IMG/VR virus record: IMGVR_UViG_3300025584_000284
Length of the DNA stretch: 44,059 nt
Direction: 5' to 3' (one strand)
From: a virus
Below are positions 25,354-36,800 of this stretch, piece after piece. Within the stretch, counting starts at the first letter, position 1, and every line of letters starts with the position of its first letter. A program made the translations under genes and the position numbers. Below the pieces are notes generated by a model. That model saw only the letters and a program-made list of their open reading frames with translations, had not been told where the DNA came from and made no database searches.

Positions 25354-26294
25354 TTTATTTTTCCAATTACCTCAACGAACATAGCCATAATATTAATCTC
25401 TTTATCCACTACTATAGCATCACTTTGTTGATATTGACTTAATGTTAAAATACATTCTGCAACATGACCTCTACCCCAATCATCTACTGTGTCAAATAGT
25501 AATCTAAATAAATCACTAAAGTCTGTTATTTTGGAATCTGCCAATACTTGTCTAATGTTTTTAAACGAATTCTTTTTATCTTGTGTTTTTAAAATATCTA
25601 ATACTTGGTTCTTGTAGTCATTCTGTATTGCCATTCCCTCATCAATAACAAGTTTACCATTTACAACTTGTCGTTGTATAGAATTTATAACTCTTCTTAT
25701 ATCTGGATAACCACCATTAACTATCGTTACAATGTCATCTACTGTTGCATCCACCTTTTCATTCTGTAAAATATTTGAAACATGAAGTGCAACTTGTTTC
25801 CTATCTGGTGGTATAATTTGAAAAGATTGACATCTCGATTGAATTGGGTCTATAACTCTCTCTACGAAATTGCAGGTTAGAATGAATCTACAATGTTTAC
25901 TAAATGTTTCCATCAAGTTACGAAGTGCTGCCTGTGCATTTGGTGTGATGTAATCACACTCATCTAAAATGATAATCTTCATCTCTGCAAACCCAAGTGT
26001 TGAGGCAAAGTTCTTTACTTTATCTCTAACTATCTCTACACTATTCTCATCTGATGCATTAATATATAGATAATCACAATCTATATTATTAACAAGTAGT
26101 TTTGCGAGAGTGGTCTTACCTGTACCAGCTCTTCCGTACAGTAAAAGATGTGGTAAGTCGCCACTCTCCAGATAAACCTTAACCTTACTCTTTAGATGTT
26201 CATTTCCAATGTAAGTGTCAAGGTTTGAAGGCCGATATCTTTCCGTCCAAAGTGAATTTTTAATTTCATCCATTATAATTTTTTCCAAATCCAA
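25350..26294 (-). CDS. Clamp loader AAA+ subunit (T4 gp44 / RFC-like)
   Basis: Motifs LWTERYRP, GRAGTGKTT (Walker A), ILDECD (Walker B) and SRC. Confidence 0.95.
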   Translation of the reverse strand: MDLEKIIMDEIKNSLWTERYRPSNLDTYIGNEHLKSKVKVYLESGDLPHLLLYGRAGTGKTTLAKLLVNNIDCDYLYINASDENSVEIVRDKVKNFASTLGFAEMKIIILDECDYITPNAQAALRNLMETFSKHCRFILTCNFVERVIDPIQSRCQSFQIIPPDRKQVALHVSNILQNEKVDATVDDIVTIVNGGYPDIRRVINSIQRQVVNGKLVIDEGMAIQNDYKNQVLDILKTQDKKNSFKNIRQVLADSKITDFSDLFRLLFDTVDDWGRGHVAECILTLSQYQQSDAIVVDKEINIMAMFVEVIGKIK

Positions 26295-27502
26295 ATTGGT
26301 TCACAAAATCTTTTATCTTTGGTTTCTTCTGCCTTCTTAATCGTAGAGCCATGAAACCTTTCATCTGATGCTCTTGCCATTCCTGCTCCACCACTATTTG
26401 GTCGTTTAGCCATTTCCATTCCAATACAACCTTGATACTCTGAATCACTAAATGTTGATAAAAAATCATTCATAGGATTACAAATCTCTACCATATTTCT
26501 TTGTGTTCCAGTTCTAGCAAATACATCAGCAATATTCACTAATAAATATCCACCACTCTTAATAGAAACCCATAAATTTTCAATAGTTTTCTGTAAAAAG
26601 TTTTTATTCCAATCATCTATTTCTTTATATCGTACCCAACTTTGAGTATCTTCATAACTATATCGTTCAACTGAAAAATATGGTGGTGATGTGAATACGG
26701 TATCAAATATATTTTCATACTCTTTGAAATCCACATCCTCTGCGGGGGATTCAATAAATTCACAATCCTTATCGACTTCAAAAAACATATTTCTATGTTT
26801 TTCATAGAACTCTTTTTGTTCTCTGTAGATAGGATGGTTTTCTTTTCTTGGATCTATTCCAAGATAATACTTACCACTTTCACTACCATAGAATCCTGCT
26901 AATCTATCACCCCAACCTGCACTAAAATCAAGTATATTTTGACTACCTAACTTATCGTATAGTACTTTTGCCACATTTGGTTTAAACTGTGAACAAATGT
27001 ACTTTCTCAAACTTATCATAACTCTAAGAGCACCCTTATTTATTTTGGGAAGTTTTAAAGTATATGCGGCACCCATTAATGTAGTCATAAACTTATAACT
27101 ACCCCAAGTTCTAATTGGTCCTGGTGCTATTGTTCCATCCACACTCCATCGATTTTCTTGTTGAAAGTAATTACTTGAAGCGTTACCTGTATTGATTCGT
27201 TTAAAGTATTGTTGTTTACCTTCGAATGTTAAATCATAACGATACTTTGTACCCTCTCGTGCAAACCACTCACCATCTACCAATAAATCATTATGTCTCA
27301 TACCTTTAAGTTTCTGTAACTCTTTGTATGCTCCATTTTCTGAAATGTTCATGTATGGTGGTGGATATGTCATTGCAACTTTTGCAAGACTTTCTCGTAC
27401 ATCTTGTTTTTCAAAGGTGTTCTTTATGTATTCCCATTCTTTCTCTTCTATTGAAAGATAAGGCTCCATATCATAGAACTTATCAAAGTAAGATAGGTAC
27501 AT
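26273..27502 (-). CDS. DNA amino-methyltransferase (N4-C or N6-A; motif I before SPPY)
   Basis: Motifs LDFSAGWGDRLAG, FTSPPYF and LLVNIAD. Confidence 0.85.
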   Translation of the reverse strand: MYLSYFDKFYDMEPYLSIEEKEWEYIKNTFEKQDVRESLAKVAMTYPPPYMNISENGAYKELQKLKGMRHNDLLVDGEWFAREGTKYRYDLTFEGKQQYFKRINTGNASSNYFQQENRWSVDGTIAPGPIRTWGSYKFMTTLMGAAYTLKLPKINKGALRVMISLRKYICSQFKPNVAKVLYDKLGSQNILDFSAGWGDRLAGFYGSESGKYYLGIDPRKENHPIYREQKEFYEKHRNMFFEVDKDCEFIESPAEDVDFKEYENIFDTVFTSPPYFSVERYSYEDTQSWVRYKEIDDWNKNFLQKTIENLWVSIKSGGYLLVNIADVFARTGTQRNMVEICNPMNDFLSTFSDSEYQGCIGMEMAKRPNSGGAGMARASDERFHGSTIKKAEETKDKRFCEPIWIWKKL

Positions 27503-28233
27503 TAGCTAACTTGTTGTGTTGCTACCAAATAATATTCTGATTTGTATTCATCCACATTAAAGTTTATTTTACTCAAACCTGATTCACTAATCTTTAGAGA
27601 AGCACCTGTACACTCTTTATTTGCACTCAATATATTTGAAAACATATTAGCATTAAATGAGATTGGTTCAATTTCTGTATATTCTTCAACTTCAACTGGA
27701 ATTGTAATACGATTACTTGCAACATTACTATAACCTATAACAACACTAACCTTTCCATCTTTTGTTATTATTGTAAAAGATTCACTATCTGTAAGAGCAC
27801 CCTTACCCATAATGAATGTATTTATAAAGTAAGAATTTACTTTAATATCTAAATCAAATTCACTTGGTAAGTTTTTCAACGCTGGTGGTGTTGGTATTAC
27901 ACTTAAATCACTTAACATATACTTTGAAGTAGTATTATATTTAGTGTCTTTCATGTCAATACTAATAAACTTATCACCCGAAGATGTTAATTTAAACTCT
28001 ACATCATCACTTAAAACTGATAATAATGCTAAAAGTTGTGGTGTATTATAGACTCCTAATTCTGATGCATCTACTCCAGAGAATTTATCTACTACTACCG
28101 AACCAACTACTGATTTATCACCTGAGATAAACCTTGTTGATAGTTTTGTTCCATCACTAACCCACTTAACCGATTTTATTTCTCCGCCAAGTGCATATTT
28201 GTTAATATACCTAATTAGTTGTGTTTTATTCAT
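27502..28233 (-). CDS. Sliding clamp (T4 gp45-like)
   Basis: 243 aa between PolB and the clamp loader, with beta-rich clamp-like sequence (YNTPQLLALL, FNANMFSNILSAN, YYLVA). Confidence 0.8.
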   Translation of the reverse strand: MNKTQLIRYINKYALGGEIKSVKWVSDGTKLSTRFISGDKSVVGSVVVDKFSGVDASELGVYNTPQLLALLSVLSDDVEFKLTSSGDKFISIDMKDTKYNTTSKYMLSDLSVIPTPPALKNLPSEFDLDIKVNSYFINTFIMGKGALTDSESFTIITKDGKVSVVIGYSNVASNRITIPVEVEEYTEIEPISFNANMFSNILSANKECTGASLKISESGLSKINFNVDEYKSEYYLVATQQVS

Positions 28234-28296
28234 AACCGTTTGTTCCTTATGTATGTTATTGTTCCTATATATACATATATATAAGATTGTTCAAAA

Positions 28297-30798
28297 TCAA
28301 AAAAATCTTTCAATACTTTGTTGTTTATCAACTACTGCTTCCCATCCCATGCTTTCATAGAACATACCGAGTTTTTTACTCATAGCCTGTTCGAACATTC
28401 TACTACTATCTATCTTATTTTTAATTAATTCTAATATTTCTTTTGGGTCTTCATAACCTTTATAAGCTATGGTATCAAATCCAAACTCATTATCTTTTAA
28501 ATACACCCATTTAATCTTTGTTCCGTTGGATATCTTTTCATATTTTCTACCCTCATACCAATAATCCAATAATGAATTATAATTTATGGCTGATTTAACA
28601 TGAACTGGCGCACCCTTTTTATATTTACTGAATGATGACTCTTCATCTTTAGAAATATACTTACCAATACCCTTTACACCGATAGGATTTGCCATTACAT
28701 CATAAGATAGATTGTGCATATTTCTTTTGAATATTGATATTCTCTCATCAATTTTTTCTTTTGGTACTTTTGCCAATATATCTTCTAAAACTTTACTTAA
28801 TAAGTCTTTCATAGCTACTGCAAAATTACTACGAACTGTATCTAATCCTTTTACTTGGATCTTATTTACTTTTCTACCAGCATCATTAATAATATGTAAA
28901 CCATATCGTTTTTTCACAATAAACAATGCTGTTTTAGCAATAACTTCTTGTTTGATATCAAACTCGTGTTTATCAACATTAAGAAACTTCTTAGAAAAGA
29001 AATCATAACTTTGATTCAAATAGTCCTGTACTTCACCACACACTTCCATAATTCTCTGTGTCATCATTGTTTCTGATAGTTTCTCGTTTGGAAATCTATG
29101 TTCAATCAATGGTACTGCGGATGCGAAAATAGAGTCTGTGTCGATATAGATAACATAATCCTTATCAGTACCTAACTCTTTATTATAAAAGTGGTTAGTA
29201 ATCTTCTTACTGAACTTAATCAATGATTGACCTGTAAGTGTGGTTGCTTCAGCATTATCAATATCATAAAATCTAAATACTGGTAAACCCAATACACCAT
29301 ATAATGAGTTTAATAGAATCTTCTGTAGATATTGTCGTCTATCAAAGTATTCTTGTTTTTTAGTATCACCTTGTTCATGAAACTTCTTTACAAGTTTTCT
29401 CATCTCTACTCGTTCATTAAACCACTTTGTTAATAGTGCTGGAATCAATCCTTGTCTATCTGTACGATACATTATACCATTACTTGATATACTTATTTTT
29501 TGACTTTCTAAATAATCTTTTAATTCTATTTCAGATAATTTACCAACCTCTTTTCCATTCCTATTTTTAACTTGATATGTTTGTTTATGAGATTTTTTTA
29601 TATATTCATTTGCATTCCAATTTTCAACCTTACCAATCTTGGTTTCGGGTGAAATGTTTAAACTACGAATAACACTTGGATACATTGATGTAATATCTAA
29701 ATCAAATACCCACTCGTGTCTACCTCGTTGTGGTGATTGTACATAAGCACCTGCAAATTTATCTTCAAGCTTCTTTTTAGGTCTTGGTGGTTTATTGGGT
29801 GCCACCACACCAATCTTTTTCAAATAAACTAATATCGCACCCTCAAGATATCTTGAACTCATAAACACATCTTCATATGGTACATGACCAATATGAGCTA
29901 TACCACGAGCAATATCAATGAAATCCAATTTTTCATCTAATTCCACGAGTATTTGAACATCTCGAATATTATAATTTACAAACTTCTGTAAATCTTTCTC
30001 ATACAAATCATTAAGTGTTCCATCATACTCAATTTTCTTCATACCAACTTCAACTTCACCAATGTAATCTAAACGATAACTTGATTGTTGGATGGGTGAA
30101 AACTTTCTATATAAATGTAAATAGTCCATTTGATTAACTCCAGCAATAGTATACTTTTTCTTGTATTCACTATAAAAAATTTGGCCAATTGGTGATAACA
30201 TACTTGCTACATCTTTACCCAATACTCTTACTGAACGATTATATAAATAAGGAATATCAAAACTATCACTATTCCACCCACTTAATATTGTTGGTTGTAT
30301 TTCCGAATATTTTCTATAAAATGAAGTTAACATTTCATACTCTGTAATATAAAACTCAACTATCTGATTATCTTTTGTATAATTCTGAATTTGTTTTTTC
30401 TCATCCAACACATACGCAAAATATGTCTTAGTTATCTCGTCATATAATGAAATTGAAGTTATTTTATTTGGAGCTTTCATTGGATCAGGAAATCCCTCTG
30501 TAACCTCTACCTCAATATCAAAAAATATTTTTCTATTTCCAATGGATGGTTCATCTGAATCCATATATTGGTCAACTAAAAATCTTGTAGTTTGTGGTAC
30601 ATCACTTTCGTGTAAACCAGGAGTGTTATCTTCCCAATGGAAAATCTTTTTAACTTTATCACCATCAAGTGTAAAGTGTTGTCCTGTTGAATTTTTTATA
30701 TAAGCGTATTTTTTATATGGGATTATGAGATATCCCTTTTTATCATCCCACAGATGAATTTTCTGCTTTCTCATTTCAAAATATATTGATTGATACAA
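28297..30798 (-). CDS. Family B DNA polymerase (T4 gp43-like)
   Basis: Exonuclease motifs FDIEVE, GWNSDSFD and YNIRD; polymerase motifs DLDITSMYPS, KILLNSLYG and YIDTDS. Confidence 0.97.
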   Translation of the reverse strand: MYQSIYFEMRKQKIHLWDDKKGYLIIPYKKYAYIKNSTGQHFTLDGDKVKKIFHWEDNTPGLHESDVPQTTRFLVDQYMDSDEPSIGNRKIFFDIEVEVTEGFPDPMKAPNKITSISLYDEITKTYFAYVLDEKKQIQNYTKDNQIVEFYITEYEMLTSFYRKYSEIQPTILSGWNSDSFDIPYLYNRSVRVLGKDVASMLSPIGQIFYSEYKKKYTIAGVNQMDYLHLYRKFSPIQQSSYRLDYIGEVEVGMKKIEYDGTLNDLYEKDLQKFVNYNIRDVQILVELDEKLDFIDIARGIAHIGHVPYEDVFMSSRYLEGAILVYLKKIGVVAPNKPPRPKKKLEDKFAGAYVQSPQRGRHEWVFDLDITSMYPSVIRSLNISPETKIGKVENWNANEYIKKSHKQTYQVKNRNGKEVGKLSEIELKDYLESQKISISSNGIMYRTDRQGLIPALLTKWFNERVEMRKLVKKFHEQGDTKKQEYFDRRQYLQKILLNSLYGVLGLPVFRFYDIDNAEATTLTGQSLIKFSKKITNHFYNKELGTDKDYVIYIDTDSIFASAVPLIEHRFPNEKLSETMMTQRIMEVCGEVQDYLNQSYDFFSKKFLNVDKHEFDIKQEVIAKTALFIVKKRYGLHIINDAGRKVNKIQVKGLDTVRSNFAVAMKDLLSKVLEDILAKVPKEKIDERISIFKRNMHNLSYDVMANPIGVKGIGKYISKDEESSFSKYKKGAPVHVKSAINYNSLLDYWYEGRKYEKISNGTKIKWVYLKDNEFGFDTIAYKGYEDPKEILELIKNKIDSSRMFEQAMSKKLGMFYESMGWEAVVDKQQSIERFF

Positions 30799-30827
30799 CT
30801 ATGTAATTCTCCAATTTTTCATATCTG

Positions 30828-30857
30828 AATATACGAATAAAAACCTATACAAGTCAA
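30828..30857 (-). promoter_or_regulatory. Sigma70-type promoter TTGACT-N18-TATATT upstream of PolB
   Basis: Read directly; preceded by AAATAAAGC as at 44040. Confidence 0.8.
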
Positions 30858-30894
30858 GCTTTATTTGCAATAAGTTCTCCGAACTTAATAAAGT

Positions 30895-30918
30895 GGGGGA
30901 AATATATTCCAATCCCCC
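30895..30918 (-). terminator. Probable intrinsic terminator after the TonB-dependent receptor gene
   Basis: GGGGGA/TCCCCC stem followed by ACTTTATT on the minus strand. Confidence 0.55.
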
Positions 30919-30932
30919 CCAAACTCTACTTT

Positions 30933-33740
30933 TTAGAAATTAACACTTAACCCTAAGTTAAAGTATCTTGGTGTACCAAGAAATACTTCAGCGTTATGTG
31001 CTGAGTGAGTTTTACTCCCATAGCTATTGTATTGACTATGATCTACTGCATCTTGTACATATGTTTCGTCTAAAGCGTTAAACACATGAGCAAATAAAGA
31101 TATGTCATATCCACTAACTGGTAGTAAATATGAAGCATGTAAGTCCACCTTTGAATAAGATGGTGCTTCCCATACTTGTTCTCTGTCTGCATCTTCATCT
31201 GAACCATCGTATTCACGAGAATCAGGACTCCAATCACTATAGTTCTTATCATAAGAATTCCATAGTGCTGAAATTACTAATCCCTTTACAGGAAAAATGG
31301 TTGCACCAAGTGCATATGAAGTCTGTGGCATATCACCAACATTCAACCCGTCAAGGGCGTATTGATAATCTGTAGTGGTTAAACCAGTTACATTACCATC
31401 ATCATCATATTCATTTGATTGATACTTTCCATGAGCATCACCATCAAACTTCCAAGTACCAAGACTTACTGCTGCATCTATACGAACCAATTTATGTAGT
31501 TGTGTAGAAGCTTCAATCTCAAGTCCTTGATGTTTTTGTTGAATACCTGTTAAGAAAATGACATCAGTATCTCCTGAATCACCTTGTCCTGTGGTTACTG
31601 CTTTAGTAAGGTTTCTGTCTTTCCAATCTGTATTGTAAACATTTGCCTTAACAGCAAATCTTTCAGATTCGAAATTGACACCAGCTTCTGAACTAATGAA
31701 ACTTTCATTATTTGGATCAGAAGCAACCGTACCATCAAAGTAAATCACATTATCCATGATAGGTGGTTTTTCAACATATCCAATGTTAGCAAAAAGACTA
31801 ACATTATCATCTATGTCGTACATTGCTCCACCTTTGAACTGAGCAGCATAAATAGCATCAGCTTTTATTACTTCATCAGCAACTGAAAAGTGGTCTTGGT
31901 AAGAATACTTAATACTTGATAATCCACCCATACCATATAGATTTAGATTATCTTTACTATAATTACCTTGTACAAATCCACCCAACCAATCAACGGTAGT
32001 TTCATTGTGATAAGCGATTATATCACCTAACCCAACTCTTTTACCATCTGGTGCGTTATCATCAGCAAAATCCAAATAATAATCTCCACCTAATAAATCA
32101 CGAACTTCTCGTGCGTGTTCTATACCTGCGGTTCTCCAATCAATACCTACTTGTAACTTAAACTCATCACTAATATCGTAATTAAGTTTAGAAATTACAC
32201 CATAAGTATTTTGACGATTGATACTATTACGAAGAATACCAACTGATTGATTATTATCAACACCATGTGTTCGTGTAAGAGCTGACTTATCTACATATAC
32301 TACTGAATCATCTCCAGAATTATATGCTATAAGACTATTCCAATCACGAGTCCAGGGACCACGACCATAATAAAATTTATAGTCATCATCACCAAGATTA
32401 CCATCAGCATCAAATGTAGGAATCTTACCATAAGTTCCTGTTCCACCACCAGAACCACCTGACCAATAAAAGACTGAACTTAAACTTGTCTTATCATCTA
32501 TTGTCCAAAAATGATTTAGATTTACTAATGGTTTGTGAAAGTAGTTTTCTCTTTCGTTTAGATAATCACTTGCGTGTCTATCTTGTAGTCCACTATCAAA
32601 AAGTCCACCTACACCATACATATACCAGTATTGTTTACCTTTATATGATGGGTCAACTGGTGACCAGTTTTGATTAAACTTATGTCCTACATCTGCGAAC
32701 TTACCATCTTCACCAAGTGCTTCAGTATCATATCCATCTACACTTGCAGCAAAATCAGCGTCATAAGCACCGATATTCTGTTTGTATAGATTTTGTCCAT
32801 GTCGCTGTGGAGCACCGATTGCATATAATTCCAATCGATGGTCAGCATTTACTTGATAACTTGAACCAAAATAATATGCCCAAGCGTCTGTCCATGTCTT
32901 GTCAATGACACCATCACCTGTTTTACGAACTACAGTACCACTTAGGGCGAATTTATCACCAATAAGTCCTGAATTGTAATTCAATGTGGTTTTCAGAAAA
33001 CCCCCTGCACCACCTTCCTGTTTAAACTTACCACCTTTTGAAGCGGAAGCAGGATTTGTGATTATGTTCATCGTACCACCAATTGAGGGGGCAGCCAAGT
33101 TAACGGCACTTAATCCACGCTGCATCTGGATAGATTGAGCTGCATCTGCAACTCCATCCCAGTTAGACCAATAGACCCAACCGTTTTCCATATCGTTTTG
33201 TGGAACTCCGTTTATCATTACTGCTACATTCCTCTGATTAAACCCGCGAACATTGATACGGGCATCACCCGCACCCCCACCTTGTTGCGTAGCATATACA
33301 CTTGGTGTAGTATTTAAAGACATTGGTAAGTCTTGTGAACCAAGACGAAATTCAATTTCTTCTTTACTAACTGTAGTATAAGCAACAGGTGTTTTATCAT
33401 CAGCCCTTGAAGCTAAAACTTCAAGTGCAGACATCTCAAGTGCAGATATTAAAAGTGAGAAGTCTACGGTACTAGCCGTTCCCTCTACCACTTCAACCTC
33501 TACTGTATGGGATGCATATCCAATTGAAGAAGCTTTAATTGTATAAGTTCCTGCCCCTAAATCAATAGAGTAAGCTCCATCTGCATCAGCAGATGTACCT
33601 AAATCAGTTCCTTGTACTACAATATCAGCCCCAATCAATGGGTTCTTTTCTGTATCTGTAACTGTTCCGACTACCTGCCCATATAAGAACATTGGCATCA
33701 TCATTGTTAAAAATACAGATATTAGATTATTTTTTTTCAT
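30933..33740 (-). CDS. TonB-dependent outer-membrane receptor (signal peptide, carboxypeptidase-regulatory-like domain, plug, beta-barrel)
   Basis: Signal peptide ending LYG-Q; motifs GTVTD...PLIGADIVVQGT and plug RINVRGF...VMINGVPQND; barrel strands ending PRYFNLGLSVNF (terminal Phe). Confidence 0.93.
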   Translation of the reverse strand: MKKNNLISVFLTMMMPMFLYGQVVGTVTDTEKNPLIGADIVVQGTDLGTSADADGAYSIDLGAGTYTIKASSIGYASHTVEVEVVEGTASTVDFSLLISALEMSALEVLASRADDKTPVAYTTVSKEEIEFRLGSQDLPMSLNTTPSVYATQQGGGAGDARINVRGFNQRNVAVMINGVPQNDMENGWVYWSNWDGVADAAQSIQMQRGLSAVNLAAPSIGGTMNIITNPASASKGGKFKQEGGAGGFLKTTLNYNSGLIGDKFALSGTVVRKTGDGVIDKTWTDAWAYYFGSSYQVNADHRLELYAIGAPQRHGQNLYKQNIGAYDADFAASVDGYDTEALGEDGKFADVGHKFNQNWSPVDPSYKGKQYWYMYGVGGLFDSGLQDRHASDYLNERENYFHKPLVNLNHFWTIDDKTSLSSVFYWSGGSGGGTGTYGKIPTFDADGNLGDDDYKFYYGRGPWTRDWNSLIAYNSGDDSVVYVDKSALTRTHGVDNNQSVGILRNSINRQNTYGVISKLNYDISDEFKLQVGIDWRTAGIEHAREVRDLLGGDYYLDFADDNAPDGKRVGLGDIIAYHNETTVDWLGGFVQGNYSKDNLNLYGMGGLSSIKYSYQDHFSVADEVIKADAIYAAQFKGGAMYDIDDNVSLFANIGYVEKPPIMDNVIYFDGTVASDPNNESFISSEAGVNFESERFAVKANVYNTDWKDRNLTKAVTTGQGDSGDTDVIFLTGIQQKHQGLEIEASTQLHKLVRIDAAVSLGTWKFDGDAHGKYQSNEYDDDGNVTGLTTTDYQYALDGLNVGDMPQTSYALGATIFPVKGLVISALWNSYDKNYSDWSPDSREYDGSDEDADREQVWEAPSYSKVDLHASYLLPVSGYDISLFAHVFNALDETYVQDAVDHSQYNSYGSKTHSAHNAEVFLGTPRYFNLGLSVNF

Positions 33741-33768
33741 TTATAATCTCCTCTGTTTGTTTGTTTGA

Positions 33769-33802
33769 GACGCATTTTTTCATAGGTGCGTCAACTGCCT
33801 AT
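33769..33802 (-). promoter_or_regulatory. H-type pseudoknot in the 5' leader of the TonB-receptor gene
   Basis: Minus strand reads AUAGG-CAGUU-GACGCA-CCUAU-GAAAAAA-UGCGUC: S1 5 bp, S2 6 bp, L2 of 0 nt, A-rich L3. Confidence 0.6.
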
Positions 33803-33818
33803 TCGGGTATGTGAAATC

Positions 33819-36800
33819 TTAGTTTGCATAATCTTGATCATCGTTATCTCCACTTAATGGTTGAATCTCACATGAATCATTATTGCAAAATTTATCTATT
33901 TCAGCCTCTTCATTTTTAATTACACCAAATGAAAGAGGTTTTAATTTTTTTAATTGTTTATTATAAGTTTTCTCATCTATTGCTTCATATGGCATTTGTT
34001 TGTAAGCTCCATAATCATGTCTTGGTAATAATGAAATTCCTTTTAATCTATATTGAAAATAATTCAATACATATGGTAGTTCTTCAGCTTCTGTTTCAGG
34101 ATTGAATGTTGCCGTACAACTAACTTGGTTATCTGCCCAATGTCGTTGTAAGAACGCGGCTAAACTGAATTGTTCCCAAATCGAAAGTTCAGCCGCAGTT
34201 CTTATACCTTCTCCAACATCTACTGGAACATCTACAACCATAGTTGTATTCTCCGAACCAAATGCTGGCTCTAACTTATAACCTGCTTTTTTCAATGGTT
34301 CTATTAATTCAGATTGATTTGATAATCTTACTCTCCGAATATAGAAACGACTTTCGGGATAATGTAATCCTGGAGTTGCTCCTGCTAATAATGAAACCGT
34401 TCCACTTGGTTTAACACTTGTGGTTTTAATTGATTTTGGTATGGCGAACCAATCAGAATATAATTTATCCCATTCTTGTATAACATCATATCCATCTTCT
34501 AACCAAGTTTTTAATTTATCTAATCCATGATTAGTAATGAATTGTGCAACTCCACTAACACTACATCCAATTCTTCTATTTCTCAACATAACTCTATTTG
34601 TATCACTCCAATGAGTTCTACCAAGTGTTACCGTTTTAGCATACAGATAAGCATATTTAAGTGTTCTTTGATAGTCCTCTAATGAGTCGTGATTGTTTGG
34701 AAATGTTTCTACAAGACAACAAAGTTCATAACTTTCCAAACTTTGTTCCAGGCAATTATGGATAAACAAACCAGATGAATCTAAATATTTGTTGTCTTTT
34801 GTAGATGTTATCACACCAAAATTATGTGTATCTTCAACAGTCATATCATAAACATCTTCATACCCATAAAACTCAACTGATACAACTTTATGATTCCAAA
34901 TACCTTGATTTTCCATACTTCTTTTAACATTAGAACAAGAATGACTGCAAGTTTTTCTTTTGGAAGCTTGATATTCTGTAAGTGTCTTATGTTCATTACA
35001 TACTGGACAGTTCCAATCAACCCACGCAGTTCTTGATTTTTTTATGTCGGATAAATGTTTTTTTACTTCATTGGTCATACCATTTTTAATCGATTCAATC
35101 ATAAAATCTCGTTGATTTTCCCAATTTTTAGTTGATTTTTTACCAATAGATTTTAATGCAGAATCTTTGTGATTTTTACCGTACATACCATTTCGCTCAC
35201 CGTAATGACCACCATTAATACGAGTAGTTTCTTTCATCTTTTCTACATTTACAGGGTTATGCATTGGATTTTTATCTAATCTATGTAATCTACTATGTTC
35301 TGATTGAGTAATAACATCTAAATTATCCCATGAATCATTTGTCTTATCAAAATCTATATGATGAATAGCATACTCTTTGGCGGTAGGCATATAACCAAGT
35401 TCTGATTCTGTGATTAATCTATACTGTCTTAATCCACTTGCTTTTTTCCCGGTACCTCGTATGTTTCTATAACCTTTATTACTAAAACTATTAAATGGAA
35501 ATACTGATTCATCTTTTTGTAAATCTCTAAGTTCTTTATATTCACCACTTCGTAACATAATTTTATGGTCAGGTGTTGCTAATAAATTAGAACCATCATC
35601 CAAAGTAAGTTTCCACACTTCTGTATTTTCTTTTGTTTTCCAAGTTTTAATTGATTGTTTGATGACTACTTTTCCATTTTCATCAACTGAATAAACTGGG
35701 TATTGAGTATCTACTAAATCTTTAATTGGAACTGTATTTCTACCATCAGCTACTGCTACTAATGTTTCACCAACAATACAAGGATTTCCACCCATAACTC
35801 TATGGTCTTTATTATCTCCACCATTTTGCATACGAGAAAATTTCCTCATATTTTCTAACCAAGCTAAACCAGGTTCTCCATTATCTACGATTCGTTTTGA
35901 AACTTCTGTATAATCCATACCAAGTTCTGCAAATATACTATTGTTTGAAGTCCACCCATATTGTTCTCTGTCTGGATTAACTTTATAATTTTTTAAATCT
36001 AAATATTCATCATCATGGGGATCACCGAACACAATCTCTGCTGTTCGTCTTACATTCCCTGCTACGACACATTTACCAATTAGGTTCATTATATCCACAA
36101 TTGTAGTTACGGTAATTAGTTCTCCACTATTCTTTTCTAATACTTTTCTTATATCTTCGTGAACTTCTTCTAATGGGTCTGGACCACTTGAAACACCGCC
36201 AAATCCTTTGATTGGTTCTCCTAATGCTCTAATCTTTGTATAATCAAACTCTACTGGGTGTGAACCATGAAAATAACTTTCTAATAATAACCTTAACGAA
36301 TCTACCCAACCTTCTCTTGTGTCTGGAATCTGAAATATTGTTGAATCCCTATCTTTATCTATACCTTTAACAAGTATTTCACCAGCACCCTTACAGTCAA
36401 ATCCAACACCAACACCTAACATACTTGCATCCATTAGAAAACAGAATGGTTTTGAGTAATCTTCTTTAAGTGTTTTAGTAGATACGAATGCACAATTATT
36501 TAGAGCTGCATATAATTTCTTTTCTTCTGTGATTGATGTTCCCATTGCCCATAAACCACGACCAGGTGGTAAAAATTTCATATTGAATATTCTATCATAC
36601 ATATCTTGTGCAGATTTCTGTGCTTGCCACGGATTCCAACCTAATTGATGAGAATTAATCCAATTCCATTGCATTGAATATGTTCCCTCTACAACTCTTT
36701 GGACGGTTTCCCACCATCTCTCATTTTTTCCATTCTCTTTGATACGGGAATAGGTTCTCATATAAACCAGTTCACCTAACCCATTAAAACCAAACGGTGG

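Noticed and set aside
33741-33818. Cobalamin riboswitch ahead of the TonB receptor
   Set aside because: The intergenic space is only 78 nt and the conserved B12-box elements are not visible.
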